This document shows, piece by piece, positions 36,984-46,355 of a stretch of DNA of 64,000 bases. Under the pieces are notes generated by a model that was not told the origin of the DNA, did not search any database, and worked only from the letters and a program-made list of their open reading frames with translations. Origin of the DNA: Candidatus Micrarchaeota archaeon CG10_big_fil_rev_8_21_14_0_10_45_29 (GTDB lineage Archaea > Micrarchaeota > Micrarchaeia > Anstonellales > Anstonellaceae); assembly GCA_002778455.1 (NCBI GenBank), contig PFCD01000001.1, positions 53,445 to 117,444 of the forward strand. The letters are read 5' to 3'. The first letter of the stretch is position 1; each line of letters begins with the position of its first letter. The translations under genes and the position numbers were made by a program.

Positions 36984-38036
36984 ATGATAAGCAGAAAAGA
37001 AATAGAAAAAGTGCTTAAAAGCTATGACAAGAAAAACCTCTCGCTCGCAACTTTGTGCTCACACTCCTCCTTGCAAATTTTTTACGGCGCAAGAAAAGAG
37101 AAGGTGCACACAATAGGGCTAGTTACAAATGAGGCGCAAAAAAAGCTTTATGACGCATTTCCAAAGGCAAAGCCGGATGAATTTATAGAAGTGGAGGATG
37201 CAGAGGATTTTCCTGAAAGCGAGCTTCTCTCAAAAAACGCGCTTATCATCCCGCACGGCTCAATAGTGGAATACACCGGCGACCTTTTGGATGGGCTAAA
37301 GGTGCCTGTGCTTGGAAACCGATTGTCTTTGCTATGGGAAAAAGACCGCACAAAAATGTTTGAATGGATGAAAAAGGCAGGATTGCGCACCCCTCTAATA
37401 TTTAACCCCGATAAAATAGACCGCCCATGCGTTGTAAAGCATTTGGGGGCAAAAGGGGGGCGCGGATACGCCATAGTGCACTCGAGCGAGGAATTTCATT
37501 CAAAATTTGAAAATGTAAAAGGGGTAATGGTGCAGGAATACCTCACAGGGGTGAGAGTATATCCGCATTATTTCTACTCCCCTCTCTCAAAAAAAGGATA
37601 CAGGGCATCCGGCGGGCATCTTGAGATGATGTCAATTGACAGGCGCTTTGAGTCAAACATTGATGAGAGCTACCGCACCATGATGGCGGGGGTGCCCATA
37701 AAGGCATCCTTCACCGTAGTAGGAAACGAGCCGCTTGTGTTGCGCGAATCCTTATTGCCTGAAGTGCTTGAAATGGGAAAAAACACTGTTGAGGCGGCAG
37801 ACAAATTATTTGGCGGCATACCCGGGCCCTTCTGCCTTGAGCTGATAGTGGACGAGACTTTGCAATTTTATGCCTTTGAAATAAGCGCGCGAATAGTTGC
37901 AGGCACCAACATATATCCCGAAGGCTCGCCCTATTCCGTGTATTCGTTTGATGAGAATATGAGCACTGCGCGAAGAATTGCAAAAGAAGTAAAAGATGCT
38001 GCCAAAAAAGATATGCTTGAAAAAATTGCCTACTGA
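36984..38036 (+). CDS. purP: Formate-phosphoribosylaminoimidazolecarboxamide ligase (PurP)
   Basis: ATLCSHSSLQI..GA, PHGS, AKGGRGY, IDRRFESN, GNEPLVLRESLL, FEISARIVAGTN. Confidence 0.9.
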   Translation: MISRKEIEKVLKSYDKKNLSLATLCSHSSLQIFYGARKEKVHTIGLVTNEAQKKLYDAFPKAKPDEFIEVEDAEDFPESELLSKNALIIPHGSIVEYTGDLLDGLKVPVLGNRLSLLWEKDRTKMFEWMKKAGLRTPLIFNPDKIDRPCVVKHLGAKGGRGYAIVHSSEEFHSKFENVKGVMVQEYLTGVRVYPHYFYSPLSKKGYRASGGHLEMMSIDRRFESNIDESYRTMMAGVPIKASFTVVGNEPLVLRESLLPEVLEMGKNTVEAADKLFGGIPGPFCLELIVDETLQFYAFEISARIVAGTNIYPEGSPYSVYSFDENMSTARRIAKEVKDAAKKDMLEKIAY

Positions 38037-38452
38037 GTTTCTTGCGAAACCGATGCCCTTGCATTTCCCAATATCTTTTTTTGCGCCTCAAAGAAAAATT
38101 CGGTGTTGTTAAGGCTGCGGGCAATAACTATATATTGTTCCATCTCGCTCTCAGGGCGCCTGTTGTTTATGCACTCATCTACCTTTTTCACTACCCATCT
38201 TCCAACCGTTGTTTCTGTTTGAAGCTTTATGCTGGGGAGAATATCTTTCTCTCCCATTATTTTAGAATAATATTGCAAAACATTATTTGCATCTCCTGCA
38301 TTAAGCGTCTGTGCAAGCTGGCTTAGCATATCCTTTGGGCAGATTCTCACAATGCAGGCATCCTGCCCATTGCCGTTGCCTGAGAATTCTTTTGCCACGC
38401 CGTTCTTTGTTTGCGGCTTCCACCTAGCAAATACTTTAAATATGTTATTCAT
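38030..38452 (-). CDS. Hypothetical helical protein
   Basis: 140-aa ORF following the PLP enzyme gene on the same strand; no motif recognised. Confidence 0.55.
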   Translation of the reverse strand: MNNIFKVFARWKPQTKNGVAKEFSGNGNGQDACIVRICPKDMLSQLAQTLNAGDANNVLQYYSKIMGEKDILPSIKLQTETTVGRWVVKKVDECINNRRPESEMEQYIVIARSLNNTEFFFEAQKKILGNARASVSQETQ

Positions 38453-38487
38453 AATCTAATTATGTGTATTTATATTTATAAACTTGC

Positions 38488-39678
38488 CTATTTTACCAAC
38501 CCAATATTTTTGCCCACTTTTTCAATGGCTTCAAGCGCAAAATCCAAATCCTCTTTTGAAAAATCTGCCCTTATCTGGGTGCGCACGCGCGCTTTGTCCT
38601 TTGCCACCATGGGGAATACGATTGGCACAGCAAACACTCCCTCCTCATAAAGCCCTGCAGAGAGCTGTTTTGCCTTTGTTGAATCCCCTGTCATTATAGG
38701 CACAATGGGCGTCTGCGAATTTCCTGTATCCAGCCCCATTTTCGAGAGCTTTTCTTTGAAATATTCTGTGTTTTCCCACAATTTCTTGACAAGCGAATCG
38801 TCTTTCTCAAGTATTTCAAGCGCTTTTGTGCATGCCGCAACAGTTGCGGGGGGTGCGCTTCCGGAGAGCAAATAAGTCCTTGCTTTGTTGTGCATATATT
38901 CCTTCATCACGGATGAGCATGAGACAAGCCCGCCAACAACGCCGAATGCTTTTGAAAATGTGCCCATTTCCGCCTCAATTTTCCCGTGCAAATTAAAATG
39001 GTCCACTATTCCTCTTCCATGGCTTCCAAGCACCCCGTCGCCATGCGCATCATCCACCCAAATATATGCGCCATATTTTGAGCAGACTTCCTGTATCTTG
39101 CCAAGGGGCGCAATATCCCCGTCCATTGAAAATACTCCATCTGTAATTACCCAAATTTTCTTGTGTTTTCCGCTTTTTTGCGCCTCTTCCAATTTAGCCG
39201 CCAAATCCTGCACCTCACAGTGCTTGTAAATTCCCTTTTCAGCTTTTGAAAGCCTTACTCCGTCAATTATTGAGCCGTGGTTTAATTCATCAGAGAGTAC
39301 AAGCGTTTCCTTGTCAAGCAATTGCGGAATTCCCCCCGCGTTTGCGGCAAAGCCTGTCTGAAAATACACTGCAGCCTCTGATTTTTTGAACCTTGCAATC
39401 GTCTCCTCAAGCTTTATATGCAAATCCATGGTGCCTGCAATAGGGCGCACCGCGCCCGAGCCTGCGCCGTATTTTTTAGTTGCCTCAATTGCCGCCTCCA
39501 CCATTTCAGGGTGGTTTGAGAGCCCCAAATAATTGTTTGTGCCAAACATCAGCACTTTTTTGCCGTTAACCACTCCGTGCGCACCGGAGTTTGACTCCAA
39601 TTTATAGGTTTTCCAGTAAATATCCTTTGCCTTCAAATCATCAATCACTGGTTTTAAAATAGAATCAAGGGATGCCAT
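38488..39678 (-). CDS. PLP-dependent glycine C-acetyltransferase / 8-amino-7-oxononanoate synthase family (Kbl/BioF)
   Basis: NNYLGLSNHP, SDELNHGSIIDG, TDGVFSMDGD, DDAHG, GTFSKAFG; GGTGA SD upstream of ATG 39678. Confidence 0.92.
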   Translation of the reverse strand: MASLDSILKPVIDDLKAKDIYWKTYKLESNSGAHGVVNGKKVLMFGTNNYLGLSNHPEMVEAAIEATKKYGAGSGAVRPIAGTMDLHIKLEETIARFKKSEAAVYFQTGFAANAGGIPQLLDKETLVLSDELNHGSIIDGVRLSKAEKGIYKHCEVQDLAAKLEEAQKSGKHKKIWVITDGVFSMDGDIAPLGKIQEVCSKYGAYIWVDDAHGDGVLGSHGRGIVDHFNLHGKIEAEMGTFSKAFGVVGGLVSCSSVMKEYMHNKARTYLLSGSAPPATVAACTKALEILEKDDSLVKKLWENTEYFKEKLSKMGLDTGNSQTPIVPIMTGDSTKAKQLSAGLYEEGVFAVPIVFPMVAKDKARVRTQIRADFSKEDLDFALEAIEKVGKNIGLVK

Positions 39679-39834
39679 ATATCTCACCAGCCCCTCTCAT
39701 GTTTGCCGACATTTATAATATTTGCCAGCCAAACTGCATTATATTCGCTAAAAAGCGTAAAAATCAAGCAACTTTGCCCACGAGGCTAAAGAATTGATTT
39801 AAATCACGCGGAAAAACACCCCTTAGGTAAATTT

Positions 39835-40677
39835 ATGCAAAATAACAGCGACATAGAGAATATGCAGCATATATTGCAATTCTCCTCATCAGAGGACACC
39901 CCTATAATGCTTTTGCGCGAAAAGGGGGAAATAACCTCCCGCCCCCTAAAAGGAGAGCAGAATTTTTCCTTCTCTCCCATCAAAGCCTGCGTAGGCTACA
40001 AAAAAATGGGGGAAAAATGGGAAAAATGCACCCACGGCTCGCTAAATGTGCGCCAATGCCCCCAATGCCAATTCAAGGATATTGCCCGCTGCTACACAGT
40101 AGGCGACTTTTCCCTCTATCCGGAATTAAAAGAAGAGCTTGATTCCCACAAATACATAATATATTTGGCGCAATTTGGCGAGGACATCACAAAAGTGGGA
40201 TTAACGCGGCGCAGCCGCTATATGCAAAGATGGCGGGAGCAGGGGGCGGATTTTGCAATAGCATTGCTTGAATTTGACGGGCCTGACCAGGCATACCCCG
40301 CAGAGCAGTTTATCTCATATAAATTTCATTTCACTTCGGCGGTGCGCGCATCTCAGAAAATAAAAAGAATTAATTTTGATTCCAAAAAAGCAAAAGAAAA
40401 ATTGCAACAGGCAGCCGACGAGGTTCTCTGCGCCCCCCAGACAGAGCAATTTCGCACAGATGAGAAAATAGTTGACCTGTCAGAATTTTACCCGAAAATA
40501 AAAAGCCTTGAAAAATCCGATTTTGTGGGCGGCAAAATTTTGGGCGCAAAAGGGCAATGGCTTTTTTATGAAAATCCCTCAGGGCAGCATTATGCATCCA
40601 ACATAAACTCGCAAATTTCCCGCTTTTTGCAGGAGAGGGAAAATAGCGGCGATTTATTTAGGCAAGCAGGGCTTTAA
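39835..40677 (+). CDS. DUF2797-like protein with Cys cluster
   Basis: CVG..C..QCPQC, H.YIIYLA.FG..KVGLT, RWREQGA, GAKGQWL. Confidence 0.75.
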   Translation: MQNNSDIENMQHILQFSSSEDTPIMLLREKGEITSRPLKGEQNFSFSPIKACVGYKKMGEKWEKCTHGSLNVRQCPQCQFKDIARCYTVGDFSLYPELKEELDSHKYIIYLAQFGEDITKVGLTRRSRYMQRWREQGADFAIALLEFDGPDQAYPAEQFISYKFHFTSAVRASQKIKRINFDSKKAKEKLQQAADEVLCAPQTEQFRTDEKIVDLSEFYPKIKSLEKSDFVGGKILGAKGQWLFYENPSGQHYASNINSQISRFLQERENSGDLFRQAGL

Positions 40678-40694
40678 CCGCCAAAAAACACACA

Positions 40695-41078
40695 TTATTT
40701 TTTCTCAAATTTTAAGCTAACCGAATTTATGCAAAACCTTTTTCCGGCAGGCGCCGGCCCGTCATCAAACACATGCCCCAAATGAGAGCCGCACTTTGCG
40801 CACAACACTTCAACGCGGCGCATGCCGCCGCTGTTATCCTGCTCCAGCCTCACTCTATTTTCAGAGAGCGCCGCGTTAAATGAGGGCCAGCCGCAATGGG
40901 AGTCAAATTTGGCACTTGAGGCGAACAATTCATTGCCGCATGCGGCGCATTTGTAAATTCCCTTCTCTTTATGCGAATTGTATTTTCCTGAAAAAGGCAA
41001 TTCCGTCCCCTTCTCTCGCAGCACATGATACTGCTCTTCTGTAAGCTCTTTTTTCCACTCTTTATCCGATTTTTGCAT
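40695..41078 (-). CDS. msrB: Peptide-methionine (R)-S-oxide reductase
   Basis: GTELPFSG, CAAC, GWPSF, CAKCGSHLGHVFDDGP, RFCINS. Confidence 0.97.
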   Translation of the reverse strand: MQKSDKEWKKELTEEQYHVLREKGTELPFSGKYNSHKEKGIYKCAACGNELFASSAKFDSHCGWPSFNAALSENRVRLEQDNSGGMRRVEVLCAKCGSHLGHVFDDGPAPAGKRFCINSVSLKFEKK

Positions 41079-41262
41079 ATAAACGCCCCCAAGCCATTTA
41101 TAAAAAAACTCTTTTGCCCTTTATTTGCTTTTGCCCAAATTCTGCCCCCATCTGCCCAAAAACCTTTTTTGCTGTTTTGCACCAGCGCCCCAGAATCTTG
41201 TTCTCCCTTATTCTGCCGGTTTTTTCTTTATTGCCTTTTTGCGCATTATATAATTGCTTTTC

Positions 41263-41787
41263 TTATTTTGTCCCCTTCTCCTTAACCCCTGCCCTCTTAT
41301 TCTCAAGCCGGGCGCGCACAAAAAAGTAAGAGGATAGCCTGTTTAAATAAATCAAAACGTTTGCAAGCCCCCCCTCATCCAATTCCTGCACCCTTCTTTC
41401 AGCGCGCCTTGCAACCGCGCGCGCCAAATGCAAATAAGAGGCGCCAACGCTTCCCCCCGGCAAAATAAATTCATGAAGCGGCTCAAGGGAAGCGTCAATT
41501 TTTTTTATGCTCTCCTCAAGCTCCTCCACCTTTTGCTTAAATTCCGCATCTTTTAGCTTTGAATTATACCCGCTTATTATGGAATTTGCAAAAAACAAAT
41601 TTTTCTGCACTCCCTCAATTTCATTATCCTCTTTTTCCAAATGCGCCCTCACAACCCCAAGCAGCGAGCACAGCTCGTCAACCGCGCCGACCGCCTTGAA
41701 AACTTTGTCGCTTTTGGGGCGGCGGCTCCCGTCTCCAAGGGAGGAGTGCCCGTCATCCCCTTTTCTTGTAAATGAGCAATGCTCCAT
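41263..41787 (-). CDS. PduO-type cob(I)alamin adenosyltransferase
   Basis: TRKGDDG.SSL, GAVDEL.S.LG, FILPGG, LHLARAVARRAER, YLNRLSS. Confidence 0.9.
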   Translation of the reverse strand: MEHCSFTRKGDDGHSSLGDGSRRPKSDKVFKAVGAVDELCSLLGVVRAHLEKEDNEIEGVQKNLFFANSIISGYNSKLKDAEFKQKVEELEESIKKIDASLEPLHEFILPGGSVGASYLHLARAVARRAERRVQELDEGGLANVLIYLNRLSSYFFVRARLENKRAGVKEKGTK

Positions 41788-41926
41788 ATATTTATTTTCG
41801 CTTTTCCCCCTTTTAACCCTAACTTCATGAATCACCGCCCAAGCTTGCAAACCCGCCGATAGCTTCTCTCCCCGCAGTTCAAAGAGCTTATGCTTGTTTT
41901 TTATTCCTATTCACCCAAAACAATTC

Positions 41927-42829
41927 ATGAAAAGATTGCCATTATTTCAAAATCCTATCCTTATGATAACCCTCATGTTTGCAATAACGCAAATAATCGG
42001 GCTAATTTCGGGCATTCTGCTAATTTCCTCCGCGCGCGGAAACGAATATGTAAATATGATGAGCATCTCGGTAGTTGATGATTCCAACAGCATATTAAAC
42101 GCATTTTTGCTGATTTTCTACGTGCTTATCGGCGCAGGAATTGCACTTTTAATAATGAAATTTTTCAGGACAAAAATTCTTTTCCGCCTTATGGAGCTTG
42201 CGGTGGTGGGCGGCACGGTATCGGTGCTTCTCTTCTCATTTATATTCGCACTCTCCGGATTTGGATTTTTTGAATCCCTTTTCTCCTCCATTTTGGCGGG
42301 GGGCGCATTCTCGATTATAAAATTCTTTACCCCCTCCCTGAAAAATCCTGCCGCTATCCTCTCATCCGCAGGGGTTGCCGCCCTTTTCGGCTTCTCATTA
42401 GGCTTTATACCCGCCCTTGCATTCATACTCCTTCTCTCGCTCTATGACTATATCGCGGTATTCAAAACACGCCATATGCTAACTTTGGCAAAAGGGCTTG
42501 GCACGCATGACATGTCATTTACAATTACCGCAAAGGCAAAGCCTCCCTCAAAAGCAAATATAAAAATCGAGAAAATTCCTGAAAAAGAATTAATGCGCCT
42601 TGATTTGGGAAGCGGGGATTTGGCGGTTCCGGCAGTATTGGCTGTTTCTACTTATTCCTCTTTCGGGCTTGAGGGCGCAATAGCGGTAGCAGTTGGCGCA
42701 ATAATCTCAATTTACTTTACCCTTGAATTTGTTATAAAAAGGCATGTGGTTTTGCCGGCTCTTCCTCCAATTTGCTTAGGAAGCCTAATAGCCTTATTTT
42801 TAGCGGAATTAATAAAACTGGCAATTTAG
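41927..42829 (+). CDS. Presenilin/signal peptide peptidase-like GxGD aspartyl protease
   Basis: YDYIAVFKTRHM, LGSGDL and PALP motifs; multi-TM. Confidence 0.9.
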   Translation: MKRLPLFQNPILMITLMFAITQIIGLISGILLISSARGNEYVNMMSISVVDDSNSILNAFLLIFYVLIGAGIALLIMKFFRTKILFRLMELAVVGGTVSVLLFSFIFALSGFGFFESLFSSILAGGAFSIIKFFTPSLKNPAAILSSAGVAALFGFSLGFIPALAFILLLSLYDYIAVFKTRHMLTLAKGLGTHDMSFTITAKAKPPSKANIKIEKIPEKELMRLDLGSGDLAVPAVLAVSTYSSFGLEGAIAVAVGAIISIYFTLEFVIKRHVVLPALPPICLGSLIALFLAELIKLAI

Positions 42830-42913
42830 GCAAAGCCGAAAAAGTAATTTAGAAAAAGAATTAAAATAAGAAAATAAAGAAAAATAAAAAGAGAAAAAAG
42901 TTAAGCTATTCGC

Positions 42914-43225
42914 TTAACCAAAGAGTGATGCAAGCCCTTCAGCCGCAGCCTCTTCTTTCTTTGCAGAGTCCTCTTCCTTCTTCTCCTCTTTCTTTCCCTC
43001 TGCAGGGGCAGCAGCCGCCGGTGCCGCAGCAGCAACAGGCGCCGCAGCGGCTTTTAGCACTTCTTCAAAGTCAACGTTTTTGAGAGCCTCTGCCAATACT
43101 TTGGCTTTAGCCGGGTCAACATCAGCGCCGGATGCTTTCACAACTGACGAAATGTTTGCCTCGTTTATCTCCTTGTCCGCACCTTTTAGCAAAAGCGCGG
43201 CATGCAAATACGGGTCTATTTTCAT
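42914..43225 (-). CDS. rpl12: 50S ribosomal stalk protein P1/P2 (archaeal L12)
   Basis: YLHAALLL, Ala-rich hinge, C-terminal AAEGLASLFG. Confidence 0.96.
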   Translation of the reverse strand: MKIDPYLHAALLLKGADKEINEANISSVVKASGADVDPAKAKVLAEALKNVDFEEVLKAAAAPVAAAAPAAAAPAEGKKEEKKEEDSAKKEEAAAEGLASLFG

Positions 43226-43245
43226 ATATCTCTCCTCCTAAAATA

Positions 43246-44241
43246 TTATTTTCTCTCTCCCTCGCCATCTGGCGATTTTTCCTCAGGCTTTCCCGCATCG
43301 GCTTGGGCCTCTGAACTCCCTTCCGATGCCTCCGCGGATGCGGAGCTGCCTGCCAAATTTCCCACGCGCGCTTCAAGCGCATCCTGCATTCTCATCGCCG
43401 GCGCCAGCACAAGCTGGATGTGGGATTCCGAGTATGCGCCGCTCTCTCTCACAAGCCCGACTGCCTGCATAATGGAGCCTGAGAGGAGATGAGAAATATT
43501 CATCTCTGTCGGGTAAATGCAATTTACCGAACAATTGTAGCATTGTGCGCAGCTTGACACCAAGTCATCAAACAGCTGCTTCTCATCAATGTCCAGAACT
43601 TCCGCCATATAAAGGGTGCTCTCGCGCACTCCCGCTACCATGCTAATTCCTGCCATAAAGGGCAGAATGTTGAGCTTTTGCAAAGCCTTGCAAACATTTC
43701 CGCTTATCTTCTCTCCCTTTTTGGCAACAGTCGAATCCTTTGCAACGGCTATTTTTCCGCCTGCAATTCTTGCGTTTATTCCTGCCAGCTTTAATTCCGA
43801 GAGCGCAGGGCCAGGAGGCAAATCAGTCTCGCCTGCAGGCACAATGATGTCGCTCTCTGCCATCTGCCCGGGCTTTGCCGCAACTTTTTGCTTGTTAAGC
43901 TTGAAATGCCTGAATATGTCATACGGGCTCAAATCCTGTGAAATCACAACTACTGAAGGCGTCTTCATAAGCTCTGCAATTCTTTTGCCGTCTGCGCCGG
44001 ATGCCTCAAGCGCCCTTTTCAAAACGCTGTTTTTGCTCATCAAGAATTTGGTATTCTTGCCTCGCAGCTGCTTTCTTGCAGCCTGCAAAAGCCTGTCAGG
44101 CAAATTCCTGACATCAAGCAACACAACTGTTTTGGCGCTCTTTATCTCGGCTGAAAGTTCCTGCACAAGCATTTTCTTCTTCTCTTTTGCAGGGCGCTCT
44201 TTTGGCTTTTGATTTTTCTTAAATCCTTTTATTTTCGTCAT
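43246..44241 (-). CDS. rpl10: 50S ribosomal protein uL10 (P0)
   Basis: KNSVLKRAL, AKPGQ.A..DIIVPAG.T.LPPGP.LSEL; lies between rpl1 and rpl12. Confidence 0.95.
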   Translation of the reverse strand: MTKIKGFKKNQKPKERPAKEKKKMLVQELSAEIKSAKTVVLLDVRNLPDRLLQAARKQLRGKNTKFLMSKNSVLKRALEASGADGKRIAELMKTPSVVVISQDLSPYDIFRHFKLNKQKVAAKPGQMAESDIIVPAGETDLPPGPALSELKLAGINARIAGGKIAVAKDSTVAKKGEKISGNVCKALQKLNILPFMAGISMVAGVRESTLYMAEVLDIDEKQLFDDLVSSCAQCYNCSVNCIYPTEMNISHLLSGSIMQAVGLVRESGAYSESHIQLVLAPAMRMQDALEARVGNLAGSSASAEASEGSSEAQADAGKPEEKSPDGEGERK

Positions 44242-44250
44242 AAATACCAA

Positions 44251-44907
44251 CTAGTTTTTCTCCTTCTTCGGAGGAGCTGTTATTTTCACCGCAGGGCTCA
44301 TGGTCATCTTCAGATAAACCGATGCAATGGAGGGCTCGCCAACTTTGCCTTTTATTTTCTCATACACTGCATCAAAATTCTCAAGCAAATCCTTCTCTTC
44401 CATCTTCTCGGTGCCTATGGCGCACTGCACGGTCGGCAAATACTTGCCGCGGGTCATTATCCTCACCCTGCTTTTTGCCTGCGCTATTGCAGGCTCTATT
44501 TCGCCGGCAATGGGTTTTGGAAGCCTTCCTGCAGAGCCGAGCACCTGCCCCAAATTTTTTCCAACCTCAATCATAAGCTGGGGGGAGGCGATAAACTCGC
44601 AAGCTTTTGCAAGCTTTTTGAGCTTTTTGGGATTGCTCTTTAGCCCCTCAATTTCAGCTTTGCCGAAAATATCCTTAATTCCGGCCTTTTTGGCGTCGAG
44701 TGCAAGCTTTTGCTCTGCAAACACCACGACAGGCACTTCCCGCCCGCGCCCCTTTGGCAACTGAACGTCAAGGTTAATCCTGTTCTCCGGCTTTGAGACA
44801 TCAACTCCCCTGAAGTTGAATATTGCCTCTACGCTTTGGGTAAACTTTTTTGTTCCCTTGCTTTCAAGCACTTTTTGCAATGCCTGTTTTATTTGATTTT
44901 TATCCAT
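44251..44907 (-). CDS. rpl1: 50S ribosomal protein uL1
   Basis: KFTQSVE, LPKGRG, LGQVLG..GRLPKP, IGTEKM, KMTMSP. Confidence 0.96.
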   Translation of the reverse strand: MDKNQIKQALQKVLESKGTKKFTQSVEAIFNFRGVDVSKPENRINLDVQLPKGRGREVPVVVFAEQKLALDAKKAGIKDIFGKAEIEGLKSNPKKLKKLAKACEFIASPQLMIEVGKNLGQVLGSAGRLPKPIAGEIEPAIAQAKSRVRIMTRGKYLPTVQCAIGTEKMEEKDLLENFDAVYEKIKGKVGEPSIASVYLKMTMSPAVKITAPPKKEKN

Positions 44908-44914
44908 TTAAGAA

Positions 44915-44944
44915 TCCCTCCTGCAACTTTGCAGTAATACGGGA
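44915..44944 (-). promoter_or_regulatory. Putative uL1-binding autoregulatory RNA structure overlapping the rpl1 Shine-Dalgarno
   Basis: Minus strand UCCC-GUAUUA-CUGCA-AAGU-UGCAG-GA-GGGA: two stems around a 6x2 internal loop, containing GGAGG. TATA-like TTTTATAAA at 44985-44977. Confidence 0.6.
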
Positions 44945-44985
44945 AAATCCGCTATTTACCTTATGCTATATTCCCCTTTATAAAA

Positions 44986-45300
44986 TTAACCTTTTGCCTT
45001 GCTAAATTTTATCGAGCCCACCCTGTCCATATCGCTTATGCTAAAAACCGTCCCGCCCTTTTCATCTGCCGGAATAGCGCGAAACGCATGCAATTCTGCG
45101 CGCACCTCATTAATGTTTCCGCCCAAAAAAGCCGCATGTACTCCCTCCTCAATGCCGTTGCCTTTTATTCCCTTCTCTCCCATAAGCTTTTTGGAAAACA
45201 CTCCCGTGCCACCCGCAGCATCCGTTCCTCCCGCCCTGCCTTTTTTATTCTTCTTGTTTTCCGGGGGCGCAAGCATAATTCCAAGTTTCATAATTGTCAT
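44986..45300 (-). CDS. Hypothetical protein (uncertain)
   Basis: 104-aa ORF filling the gap upstream of rpl1; no motif. Confidence 0.4.
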   Translation of the reverse strand: MTIMKLGIMLAPPENKKNKKGRAGGTDAAGGTGVFSKKLMGEKGIKGNGIEEGVHAAFLGGNINEVRAELHAFRAIPADEKGGTVFSISDMDRVGSIKFSKAKG

Positions 45301-45379
45301 CTCAAGTTATACTAACTACTTATTTATGTATATCCTGCCTCTGCCTGTTGTTTTTATAGTTTATCTTATTTTCTCTATT

Positions 45380-46243
45380 ATGGCATCCGGAAGTTATAAA
45401 GCAAATGCATTTTTCTCCCTTCTTCTGGCAATGTTGATTCTTTTTTCGGGATGTGTAAACATAGACACTCACGAGCAGTTTTATCCCAACGGGCGCTCGC
45501 GCGTCGTAACCCAGATTTATACAAAAAACCTTATCAGCACATTAAACCGCTCCGGCTTCCCCCTGCCGCAAAATTACACAAGCTCTGATTGGGAAACTTA
45601 TTTTAATGACGAGTGCAACTCCCTCTCCTCCCGCGCCCCGGGAGAATACTGCCACATGAGCCAGGGATGGGCAATAATAGACAAGGGAAGGGTTTCAGGC
45701 GACGGGTATGCGCTAAACTCTTATGAGGCGTTTCCATACACAATATACGAACTCTCGATTTTTGAGGTGCCTGTGCCGCACATGGAGGGGTTTGGGAGTG
45801 TCGGAAATTTCAGGGTGCCAAAAACAATAGACTTCTCAATAGCAAACCGCACCTACCTCTCCCAAATAAAGGCGGCAGGGATAAAATATGATTACACAAT
45901 ATCGGTTCCCGGGGAAATACTGGAATACAATGCAGGAGTGCAGGCGGACGGCAACATCAAAGTGGATGCAATAAGGTGGTCCTCAAGAGCCGAGGCAATA
46001 AAAGTAAAAAGCCGCGAGCTTAATTTGCAGCAGATAGCTCTCATAGCAATAAGCGCGATTTTAATATTTCTTTTTGTAGACTTCGTGCTGCTCTGGATTT
46101 ACCATGAATGGTCAAGAAGAAGAAGAAGCGCAAGAAAGCGCAAAATCCTTGAAGAGGCAAAGAAGGCAAGAAAAAGGGTGTTTAGAAAAGACGAGCGGCT
46201 AAAGGGGAGCGAAGTTTACAAGGCGCCCGGCTTCTTTGATTAG
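45380..46243 (+). CDS. Membrane-anchored putative lipoprotein
   Basis: Signal peptide ending LFSGC (lipobox-like), C-terminal TM helix and basic tail; start moved to ATG 45380. Confidence 0.75.
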   Translation: MASGSYKANAFFSLLLAMLILFSGCVNIDTHEQFYPNGRSRVVTQIYTKNLISTLNRSGFPLPQNYTSSDWETYFNDECNSLSSRAPGEYCHMSQGWAIIDKGRVSGDGYALNSYEAFPYTIYELSIFEVPVPHMEGFGSVGNFRVPKTIDFSIANRTYLSQIKAAGIKYDYTISVPGEILEYNAGVQADGNIKVDAIRWSSRAEAIKVKSRELNLQQIALIAISAILIFLFVDFVLLWIYHEWSRRRRSARKRKILEEAKKARKRVFRKDERLKGSEVYKAPGFFD

Positions 46244-46355
46244 CAGCAATAACCGCAATCTTTCAGGCGCTTCTTCCTGCCCAGGCGGCAAGGGCACGCA
46301 AGGCATCAGGGGCTTCTTTGGCTAAAAAATAATTATATTTATAAGCGTAGTTTGC

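Noticed and set aside
40695-41078. Selenocysteine or recoding in msrB
   Set aside because: The catalytic position is an ordinary Cys (RFCINS) and the ORF is uninterrupted.
44999-45379. N-terminal extension of the 414-aa ORF call
   Set aside because: The signal peptide and lipobox begin at ATG 45380; the extension overlaps an opposite-strand ORF and an AT-rich promoter-like region.
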